Of a stretch of 64,000 bases of DNA, positions 56,257 through 64,000 are shown piece by piece. The position numbers were made by a program, and so were the translations under genes. Every line of letters starts with the position of its first letter. The stretch's first letter is position 1. Origin of the DNA: an uncultured Myxococcales bacterium (GTDB lineage: Bacteria > Myxococcota_A > UBA9042 > DTJE01); contig CAINDP010000034.1 of assembly GCA_903847405.1 (NCBI GenBank), positions 27,950 to 91,949 of the forward strand, written 5' to 3'. The notes beneath the pieces were generated by a model. That model ran no database searches. It saw only the letters and a list, made by a program, of their open reading frames with translations, and had not been told where the DNA came from.

Positions 56257-58877
56257 TCCGTGACGAACACATGCCGGCGCGGGCGCTGGCGATTTCCGCC
56301 GTGGACGCCGTCGCCCTGACCTGCCTGGCCTGGCTGGCCGTCAACCCGTTGATCACCGCCGTCAGTCCCCGCCTGACCCCCGGGATCCAGGCCCTGATGC
56401 TGGGCCACGGCACCTTCGGCGTCGTCATGATGCCCCTGATCGCGGCCTTCGTGCCCCTGCGGATCTGGGCGGCCCGGGGGTTCACCCTCCAGGCAGCCTG
56501 GGGGACCACCCGGACGCTGGCCGCCATCGGGTGGCCCCTGGCCGCTTACGTGGCCGCGTCCCTGCTGTGCACGTGGCCCGAAATCGCCTGGCCCCTGGTC
56601 GTCGGGACGGCGTTCGTCGTGTTCCAGGCCCGCCGCCGGTCCCGGCCGGCCTGGCGGCGGCTGATCGACGTCGCGATCGTCCTGCCCCTGTACGCGGTGC
56701 TGTACCAGCACACCCGCAACAGCGCCGAGTTCCTGGCGGCCCTGGCCCTGCTGGTCCTGGAACTGGACTTCGCCGTCAAACCCCGTTGGAAACTCTGGAT
56801 GGCGCCCTACCTGGTCGTGATGCTGGCGTTCATCACGGAAAACTCCAGCCGGAACGGCGAGGGGGTCAAGGTCGCGACCTACGTCCTCGGGGCGCTGGGC
56901 CTGGCGCGGCTGGCCTGGGTGCTGGGGCGCGAAATCCTGTCCCCGGCCAGGGATCCGAAGCACCTGGCCGGGATCACGGCCACCTCGTTCCTGCTGATGG
57001 CGATCTTCGCGACCATGATGGCCGGCGGCATCAACGCGCTGAAGTTTTCCCACTACCTGCCGCCAATGGACTACCTCCACCACGCCTCGGCCGTCCTGTT
57101 CGTCGTGGCCCTGGCGGCGCACCTGGTGACGATCCGGGACCGCCTGCCCCGGGGACCGTGGACCGCCCGCCGCCTGCTTCCGCCGCTCCTGGGCGTCCTG
57201 GTCACGACCGCCTGCATCGCCGGGTTCGAGGTGCGGAACGTGGCCGATCAGGACGCCTTCGTGACGCCGATCGAGGACCTGCAGACCCTGCCCGCACGCA
57301 TGGAAATCGCCCGGCCCAGCGTCCACAGCGCCCTGACCGGGATGTACCTGCCGTCCCGGGATCGCTGGTACGAACCCCGGGCCCGCAGTTGCGGCGACGG
57401 GAGCCTCTGCCACGGGGAACTGGTCGCCCAGCACGACATTTCGGCCCACGGCCGGGCGATGACCAACGAAACGTTCAAGGCCCAACTGGCCGAGTTCATC
57501 CACCTGGAGGGCCGGGAGGCGGCGGACTACTGCCTGGCCTGCCATGCCCCCCTCGGCGTCATCCATTTCCCCGGCGACGGCTCCCGGGGGCCCGTGATCG
57601 ATCCCCTGACCACGACCGAGCCCGCGTTCATCATGGGCGTGTCGTGCGTCGCCTGCCATCGGGCCGAACCCGAACGGGACCCGTCCCGGATCGGCAACGC
57701 GTCCCTGACGATCCGCCCCCTCTGGCTGGAGCCCGACCGCTACCTGGGCGAGGAAAGCCCCGACGGGAACCGCCTGCACAACACCCTGATCATCGCCGCC
57801 AACGGCGTGCACCGACGAACGTACCGCGTTCCCAGGCCGGACTGGAACGCCATCTGCGGGGCCTGCCACCTGGTCAAGCTGCCGTCCACCCTGGCCCACG
57901 ACGGGGTCCCGCGGATCGCCGCCGACCACTTCCAGTCCTTCATGGATTCGCCCTTCGCGGCCGCGGGGGTGACCTGCGCGGACTGCCACCAGCAGCGGTT
58001 CAAGACCCGCCTGAACGCCTACAACACGGTCGATCACCACTACCTGGGCACGGGCGCCTCGCTGCCGTACGTCCCGGGCGACGTGTTCCCCACGCGGGAG
58101 TCCGTCGGCATCCTGGCCTTCCTGGGCGAAAGCCACGCCGCGGACGGCACGGTCCCCCAGGACCCGGATCCCCAGGTGAAGGCCCGGGCCTTCCGCAAGT
58201 TGACCGACGGCTTCCTGAACGGCATCGGCGACGTGTCGCTGCAGGCGGCGACCCCCGACGAACTGCCGGTCTGCCTGGACACGCTGGCCGCGAAGGCCGG
58301 CCGGTACGTGGTGCTGGACGAGCGGGCCCCCGGCACCGACTGGAGCACCAACGGGGGCCTGGCGCACGTGGACCTGCTGACGACGACGGTGCGGGTCGAT
58401 GCGACCGCGGCCGGCGCGATCGACCTGACCGTCCGGACGGTGAACAACTGCATCGGGCACACGTTCCCGTCCGGCGGCGGGATCAAGGGCTACCTGACGG
58501 TGGAGGTCCTGGACGCCCGGGGCGCGGTCCTGGCCCGGCACGGCGGCGCGGGTCCCGACGGCCTGCCGGTGGAAGCAACCACGCTGCTGGGCACCCGAAC
58601 CACGGACAAGGACGGCCAGCCGATCCGGAACCGCCGCTTCTGGAACGTGGACCGGATCGTGTACCAGCGCCTGCTGGTGCCCGGCGCGGAATCCAGCGAC
58701 GCGATCCGCCTGGCGCTGCCGCAAGGCGCCGTCCCGGCCCGGGTCACGGCCGAGTGGATGTATCTGAGGCCCGAGTTCTTCCGCAACCGCGAGCGCGGCG
58801 TGGGCGATCCGGTCCCGCCCATCCGCATCGGGTATGACGAAACCGACGTTCCGCGCCAGGAGGCCCCTTCGCGATAG
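56253..58877 (+). CDS. Membrane-anchored multiheme c-type cytochrome 4
   Basis: ATGA overlap; large TM block; CGDGSLCH, CLACH, CVACH, CGACH and CADCH; GHTFP domain. Confidence 0.88.
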   Translation: MIRDEHMPARALAISAVDAVALTCLAWLAVNPLITAVSPRLTPGIQALMLGHGTFGVVMMPLIAAFVPLRIWAARGFTLQAAWGTTRTLAAIGWPLAAYVAASLLCTWPEIAWPLVVGTAFVVFQARRRSRPAWRRLIDVAIVLPLYAVLYQHTRNSAEFLAALALLVLELDFAVKPRWKLWMAPYLVVMLAFITENSSRNGEGVKVATYVLGALGLARLAWVLGREILSPARDPKHLAGITATSFLLMAIFATMMAGGINALKFSHYLPPMDYLHHASAVLFVVALAAHLVTIRDRLPRGPWTARRLLPPLLGVLVTTACIAGFEVRNVADQDAFVTPIEDLQTLPARMEIARPSVHSALTGMYLPSRDRWYEPRARSCGDGSLCHGELVAQHDISAHGRAMTNETFKAQLAEFIHLEGREAADYCLACHAPLGVIHFPGDGSRGPVIDPLTTTEPAFIMGVSCVACHRAEPERDPSRIGNASLTIRPLWLEPDRYLGEESPDGNRLHNTLIIAANGVHRRTYRVPRPDWNAICGACHLVKLPSTLAHDGVPRIAADHFQSFMDSPFAAAGVTCADCHQQRFKTRLNAYNTVDHHYLGTGASLPYVPGDVFPTRESVGILAFLGESHAADGTVPQDPDPQVKARAFRKLTDGFLNGIGDVSLQAATPDELPVCLDTLAAKAGRYVVLDERAPGTDWSTNGGLAHVDLLTTTVRVDATAAGAIDLTVRTVNNCIGHTFPSGGGIKGYLTVEVLDARGAVLARHGGAGPDGLPVEATTLLGTRTTDKDGQPIRNRRFWNVDRIVYQRLLVPGAESSDAIRLALPQGAVPARVTAEWMYLRPEFFRNRERGVGDPVPPIRIGYDETDVPRQEAPSR

Positions 58878-58890
58878 GAGTTCACCGTCG

Positions 58891-60135
58891 ATGCTGACGA
58901 CGCACCTGCTGCTGGCCCTTGCCACGATTCTCGTGATGTCGCTGGTCTTCGGCATGCTCTTCCGGAAGATCGGCCAACCTCCCGTCATCGGGGACATCGT
59001 GGCCGGGATCGTGCTGGGTCCTTCGGTCCTGATGGCGCTGTGGCCCGATGTCGGCGACTTCCTGTTGCCCGCGGCGGTCGGCCCGGACCTGGGGGCCGTC
59101 ACCCACCTCGGCGTGATCCTCTTCATGTTCCTCGTCGGGCTGGAATTCAACTCGGAAGCGCTGCGCAGCCGCGCACGGACGATCATCGCCGTTTCGACGG
59201 CGGGCATCGTGGCGCCCTTCGCCCTGGGCGCATTGCTGGCCGTCGGGCTGTACGCCAGCGTCGCCCCGAAAGACGTCCCCCTGCCCATCTTCGCGATGTT
59301 CCTGGGCGTCGCGATGTCGGTCACGGCCTTCCCGGTCCTGGCCCGCATCCTGGCGGAACAGGGATTGACCCGCACCTCGCTGGGCACGATGGCCCTGGCC
59401 TGCGCCGCGGTGGCGGACATGGCCGCCTGGTGCCTGCTGGCCCTGGTCCTGGGCCTGGCCAACGACGCACCCCGGGATACCCTGGTCACCTTCGGGCTGG
59501 CCGTCGCCTACACGGTCGGCATGCTGGCGATCGCACGACCGCTGGTTCACCGCTGGTCCCGGCGGGTCGGGGACGACGGCCCCAGTCCCACGGTCCTTGG
59601 GGGCGTGATCCTGCTGCTCCTGCTGTCCGCGCTGGCCACCGACCAGATCGGGATCCACCCGATCATCGGGGCGTTCCTGTTCGGGATCCTGTTCCCCAGC
59701 GAGGGCAACCTGGCGCGCCTGCTCAAGGCACGGTTCGAGACGCTGGTCACGACGCTGTTCCTGCCGGTGTTCTTCGTCCATTCCGGCATGCGGACCGACC
59801 TGGGGCTGTTGTCCGGGGGGGCCGAGTGGCTGATGTGCGGCGCCATCGTCCTGGTGGCCTTCGCCGGGAAGTTCGGCGGCAGCTTCGTCGCGGCGCGATG
59901 GACGGGCCTGGACGACCGCCAGTCGGCGGCCCTGGGGGTCCTGATGAACAGCCGCGGCCTGGTGGAACTGATCGTCCTGGATATCGGCCTGGAAATGGGC
60001 ATCCTGTCGCCCGTGCTGTTCACGATGATGGTCGTGATGGCCCTGGTGACCACCTTCGCGACGACACCGTTGCTGCGCCTGCTGCTCCCGGCGCGTTCGA
60101 CCAGCCTCGATCGGCCCGCGCAGCCCGTGACTTGA
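58891..60135 (+). CDS. Cation:proton antiporter (CPA2/Kef-type)
   Basis: QPPVIGDIVAGIVLGPS, SVTAFPVLARIL and LMNSRGLVEL motifs. Confidence 0.9.
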   Translation: MLTTHLLLALATILVMSLVFGMLFRKIGQPPVIGDIVAGIVLGPSVLMALWPDVGDFLLPAAVGPDLGAVTHLGVILFMFLVGLEFNSEALRSRARTIIAVSTAGIVAPFALGALLAVGLYASVAPKDVPLPIFAMFLGVAMSVTAFPVLARILAEQGLTRTSLGTMALACAAVADMAAWCLLALVLGLANDAPRDTLVTFGLAVAYTVGMLAIARPLVHRWSRRVGDDGPSPTVLGGVILLLLLSALATDQIGIHPIIGAFLFGILFPSEGNLARLLKARFETLVTTLFLPVFFVHSGMRTDLGLLSGGAEWLMCGAIVLVAFAGKFGGSFVAARWTGLDDRQSAALGVLMNSRGLVELIVLDIGLEMGILSPVLFTMMVVMALVTTFATTPLLRLLLPARSTSLDRPAQPVT

Positions 60136-60214
60136 CCCCGCCCACCTCAAGTTCGATACTTTCGCCCGCCTGGGAAGCCGGGAACCTCCCTCCAGATCGG
60201 CAGCAGGGAACGCC

Positions 60215-62650
60215 ATGGGCAACCGCAAGATGGCCAGGAGCACGCAGAGGCTGATCTCCGCGCTCTTCGGGCTGGTGTCGGTGGTCGTCTTCCTGATGTT
60301 CGGAATCATCGCGCCCGCCACGATGATCGAAAACACCGTGGACGCCCTGAACGGCGAGGGGCCCGCCCTGGTGTTCATGTTCATCGGCGCCGCGGCCTTC
60401 ACCCTCAGCTTCGTGTTCCTGATCCTGCTGAACCGGCTGCGGCTGGCCATCATCCACCAGTTCGGCGGCGGCACCCAGGCCCCCGACGCCCCGGACAAGC
60501 CCGCCCGGATCTACAAGGTCGTCGGCGAACCCGGCCGGGTCGAGCGCTTCCTGCTGAAGGCGCTGATCGGCCTGTCGGTGGTGCTGTGCATCACGGGATA
60601 CGGCCAGTACTCGACGGTGACAATCGAGGACCTCTACGTCCAGCTCACGTACCTCCACACGGCGTTCGGGCTGCTGACCTTCCTGCTGCTGATGCCCTAC
60701 CTGTTCGTCCTGTCGCGCCGCCACTACGGCCTGAAACTGCAACTGCTGATCACCCTGTACCCGCTGATCTTCGTGATCATCCTGCAGAGCCCGGGTCCGT
60801 TGCTGGCCACCTTCATCGCGATGAACATCGTGATCCTGCCGCTGGGCATCTTCCTGCTGGCCCGGAACGAAACGCCCGGCCAGCGACGCCCCGCGCTGAT
60901 CGTGGCCGGCATCGCGCTGTTCGGGTTCGTGCTGGTCACCATGACCGGATCGTTCCCGGTGGTCGATCCCATCAACCTCCGGTTTTCGTTCCGGCATCGC
61001 AACCTGCACGCCTATCTGTCGCCGATCGCGGTCCTGCTGCCGCTGTATTTCTACTGGATTTCCCGGAAGGGACGGGACCTCCCGACCATCGCGACGACGC
61101 GGCTGCTGTACGCGTGCGGCCTGCTGATCTTCGCCGGCTCCGTCGCCGGCGCGTCGATGCACTGGGTCAAGGAATTCCGCCTGGAGGATCTGCGCCAGAA
61201 ATCCCAGATCCGGTCCGCCCCGCTGGTCAGCGAAACCGGGGACGATCCGGGCACGCTGCAGCCGGGCGTCCTGTCCGACGACACCTTCTGCGGGACGTGC
61301 CATCCCATCCCGATGCGCCAGTGGGCCCGCAGCATGCACGCCAATGCGGCGCGCACCGTCACGTTCCAGGCCGTCTTGACGTCGCTGGTTCAGCAGCACG
61401 GCCCCCAGATCGCGCTGGATTGCGCCGCCTGCCACGACCCCGAGGTGGCGCTGCTGAAGCGGCCGGAACTGCTGACGGACCCCGACCACCTGGCCCGCAG
61501 CCAGGGCGTCAGTTGCCGCACCTGCCACTACATGAACCTGACGGGCGAAAAAAACGCGCAGTACGGCCTGCAGATCCCCCGCAGCGATTTCTTCCCGGGC
61601 ACCCTGGAGGAGCGGCGCCTGCGGATCCTGGTGGGCGTCCAGGAGCACATCAACGACGTCACCAAGCCGATCACCCGGGACGGCAAGCAGTGCTCCGCGT
61701 GCCACTCCCTGCGGGCCACCCGGAAGGGGCACGAGATGATCCCCCTGGACAACGTCACCTCCTTCGAAAAGTCGTCCTTCGGCCCGAAGGTGCGGTGCCA
61801 GCGCTGCCACATGCCCCACATCGTGAAGGACAAGCACAGTTATTCGTGGATGGATCACTCGTTCTTCGGGATCCAGCAGGAACTGTCCCAGATCGTCATC
61901 GGGCAGACCCCCGAGATGCTGGACGAAATCCGGCTGTTCGAGGAGGACACGGGGCGGTTCCTGGCGGGCGAACTGCCGGTGCTGAACCTGATGGAAGCGA
62001 CGATGGACGAAACGTTCAAGTCCTACCGCTTCACGGACTACAAGTACCGCCTGCTGTCGGTCCTGGAGTCCATCAAGGTCGCCACCTACGGCAGCCATTT
62101 CTACATGTCGATCGGCCGGGCCCAGCGGAAGGGCGACAGCCTGGACCTGGTCCTGACGACCCTGAACATCAACGCCGGGCACGACTTCCCGTCCAGCCTG
62201 TTCGCGAACATCAACAACGTCTGGTTCGAACTGGCCGTGACCGACGCCGCGGGCGCCGAGGTGTTCCGATCGGGGTTCGAGCAGGACGATCTGACGCACC
62301 GGCTGGGCCGCATCGAGATCGACGGGAACGGGCAGGCGATCCAGCCGCGGGACTCCCTGAAGTACGAAACGATCATCAACAAGAAGTTCCTGGAGCCCGA
62401 CAAGGAGTACGAAGACGCCTGGTCGGTCCCCCTGGGCCCGGAAGTGAAGTTCCCCCTGACGCTGACCTACAAACTGCAGTACCACCGGTACAACGACGAC
62501 TTCGCGAAGTCGTTTTCGACCCCCGAAAAGGCCTGGTCGTTCCCGATCCGCACGATTTCGACGGAAACCTTCACCATCGAATCCTGCAGCCGGGAAGCGC
62601 CCGGGGACTGCACGCTGACCCCCCGCCCCGACTTCGATGAAAAGCAGTAG
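60215..62650 (+). CDS. Membrane-anchored multiheme c-type cytochrome 5
   Basis: TM block; five canonical motifs CGTCH, CAACH, CRTCH, CSACH and CQRCH; GHDFP domain. Confidence 0.9.
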   Translation: MGNRKMARSTQRLISALFGLVSVVVFLMFGIIAPATMIENTVDALNGEGPALVFMFIGAAAFTLSFVFLILLNRLRLAIIHQFGGGTQAPDAPDKPARIYKVVGEPGRVERFLLKALIGLSVVLCITGYGQYSTVTIEDLYVQLTYLHTAFGLLTFLLLMPYLFVLSRRHYGLKLQLLITLYPLIFVIILQSPGPLLATFIAMNIVILPLGIFLLARNETPGQRRPALIVAGIALFGFVLVTMTGSFPVVDPINLRFSFRHRNLHAYLSPIAVLLPLYFYWISRKGRDLPTIATTRLLYACGLLIFAGSVAGASMHWVKEFRLEDLRQKSQIRSAPLVSETGDDPGTLQPGVLSDDTFCGTCHPIPMRQWARSMHANAARTVTFQAVLTSLVQQHGPQIALDCAACHDPEVALLKRPELLTDPDHLARSQGVSCRTCHYMNLTGEKNAQYGLQIPRSDFFPGTLEERRLRILVGVQEHINDVTKPITRDGKQCSACHSLRATRKGHEMIPLDNVTSFEKSSFGPKVRCQRCHMPHIVKDKHSYSWMDHSFFGIQQELSQIVIGQTPEMLDEIRLFEEDTGRFLAGELPVLNLMEATMDETFKSYRFTDYKYRLLSVLESIKVATYGSHFYMSIGRAQRKGDSLDLVLTTLNINAGHDFPSSLFANINNVWFELAVTDAAGAEVFRSGFEQDDLTHRLGRIEIDGNGQAIQPRDSLKYETIINKKFLEPDKEYEDAWSVPLGPEVKFPLTLTYKLQYHRYNDDFAKSFSTPEKAWSFPIRTISTETFTIESCSREAPGDCTLTPRPDFDEKQ

Positions 62651-62701
62651 GGAAATTCGGGGACAGTCGTGTAGCATTGCTCGCCTTTCTGTCGCCGGGA
62701 G

Positions 62702-63724
62702 ATGGAAGCAGTGGAGTCCCCGCGGATCTCGGTGATCATCGCCCACTCCCGGGACGTCGTCCGGCACACCCTCGATTCCCTGGCCCGCCAGACCTTCGAC
62801 CACCGTGCGTTCGAGGTGTTCGTGATCGGCGGGGCCCCCGAGCACGTCACCCCCGACGCCTACGACTTCGCGGTGCGCTACTTCCGCTGCGACGACATGA
62901 ACCCGTCCCGGCGGCGCAACATCGGGATCCAGGCGTCGAAGGCCGAAATCATCGCCTTCATCGACGACGACGCGACGGCTGATGACGACTGGCTGAAAAA
63001 CGCCATGCGGCTGTTCGACGAGGATCCGTCCCTGGGCGTGATCGGCGGCCCGACCTTCCTGCCCCCGGGGGCGGGCCTGGGCGAGCACCTGACCTACAAG
63101 ATCGGCCACGCGGGCTTCTTCGGGAACGGGCACGAAAACCTGAAGGCGGATTCCGACGTCCTGAAGAAGGTGGTCGGGTACATCACGTCCTGCAACATGC
63201 TGGTCAACCGGGCCCGCCTGTCCGTGGACAACCATTTCGAAAGCCAGATCGGCTACGGCGGTGAAGACACGCTGTTCATCTACCGGGCCGCGCACCTGCT
63301 GGGATGCCGGGTCCTGTACAGCATGTCGGTGATCGTATACCACTCGCGCAAGGCGTTCGGATTCCGCTACCTGGCGACCCGCTTCCGGTACCGGGTGAAC
63401 AACGGGATGATGCTGTGGGCCCGTCCCGGCATCTACCTGGGCAACAAGCGCTTTTCCGCGGGGCTGGCCGTGGGCGGCACCCTGGTGGCAGGGGCGCTGA
63501 TCCGGCCCATCCTGCTGCCGTTGATGATCGTGCTGCACCAGTTCATCTCGCTGGGCTTCGCACTGAACTATCTGAAGGAAGACTACCGGCTTACGCTGCT
63601 GTTCCCGCCGGCGCTGCTGATCCAGCACATGGTCTACTTTTGCGGCATCGTGGTCGGATTCGTATCCTTGATCCACCCGGCCCAGCGGGCGCGGGTGCGG
63701 CAAATCCGGGCGAATTTGAAATGA
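62702..63724 (+). CDS. Family 2 glycosyltransferase with C-terminal TM helices
   Basis: ISVII, RNIG, AFIDDD and GED motifs. Confidence 0.88.
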   Translation: MEAVESPRISVIIAHSRDVVRHTLDSLARQTFDHRAFEVFVIGGAPEHVTPDAYDFAVRYFRCDDMNPSRRRNIGIQASKAEIIAFIDDDATADDDWLKNAMRLFDEDPSLGVIGGPTFLPPGAGLGEHLTYKIGHAGFFGNGHENLKADSDVLKKVVGYITSCNMLVNRARLSVDNHFESQIGYGGEDTLFIYRAAHLLGCRVLYSMSVIVYHSRKAFGFRYLATRFRYRVNNGMMLWARPGIYLGNKRFSAGLAVGGTLVAGALIRPILLPLMIVLHQFISLGFALNYLKEDYRLTLLFPPALLIQHMVYFCGIVVGFVSLIHPAQRARVRQIRANLK

Positions 63725-64000
63725 ACGTGCTGTTCGCCATCCCCCCCTGGAGCTTCCCGGAAATCTACCCCGCGTCCATGAGCCGCGCCGGCGGCCCCCT
63801 GGGCGATCGCTTCGGGACCATCACGGGCGCCACCGAACCCCTGGGCATGCTGTACATGGCGGCGGTGCTGCGCCGCGGCGGCTTCCGGCCCGCGGTCCAG
63901 GACGGGTTCAACATGCAGCCCGCGGACTGGCTGAACGGGATCATCGACGCGCACCCCGACGTGCTGGCCCTGACCCTGTCGGCGTTCTCGTGGGGCAAGG
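63721..64000 (+). CDS. B12-binding radical SAM enzyme 5, N-terminus only (truncated by the window end)
   Basis: Not in the ORF track. ATGA overlap with the GT2 stop; MNVLFAIPP...EPLGMLYMAAVLRRGG...PDVLALT is a typical B12-binding-domain start. Confidence 0.75.
   Translation, partial: MNVLFAIPPWSFPEIYPASMSRAGGPLGDRFGTITGATEPLGMLYMAAVLRRGGFRPAVQDGFNMQPADWLNGIIDAHPDVLALTLSAFSWGK

Noticed and set aside
1-64000. tRNA, rRNA, integrase, transposase or prophage genes
   Set aside because: None could be recognised in this window.

Overview
High-GC bacterial chromosome segment. A MYXO-CTERM-like sorting tail, Cys-rich secreted proteins and a PPi-type phosphofructokinase suggest a Myxococcota/deltaproteobacterial lineage (inference). 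1-5.2 kb: start of an exopolysaccharide operon that joins a BcsB-like copolymerase to Pel-type genes (DUF2194 PelA-like, PelD-like). 5.4-33.3 kb: mostly housekeeping genes (hrpB, EVE protein, CoA transferase, pfp, TatD, class A PBP, folD, gcvT-gcvH-gcvPA, ribA, rph), Cys-rich lipoproteins, three kinds of short intergenic repeat, and a radical SAM/SPASM enzyme coupled to a lipoprotein carrying four copies of an E(M/I)IAIAPFDPG cassette. 33.4 kb to the window end: a >30 kb cluster with five paralogous membrane-anchored five-heme c-type cytochromes (four with an atypical CX5CH motif at heme 1), five B12-binding radical SAM enzymes (one truncated by the window edge), a tetraether-synthase (Tes/MJ0619)-like radical SAM, another radical SAM, two membrane/beta-propeller proteins, a membrane spermidine-synthase-like protein, a DegT aminotransferase, a GT2, a metal-dependent hydrolase and an antiporter. 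This cluster is the best candidate for an undescribed system. All family calls come from motif recognition by eye; no database searches were run.
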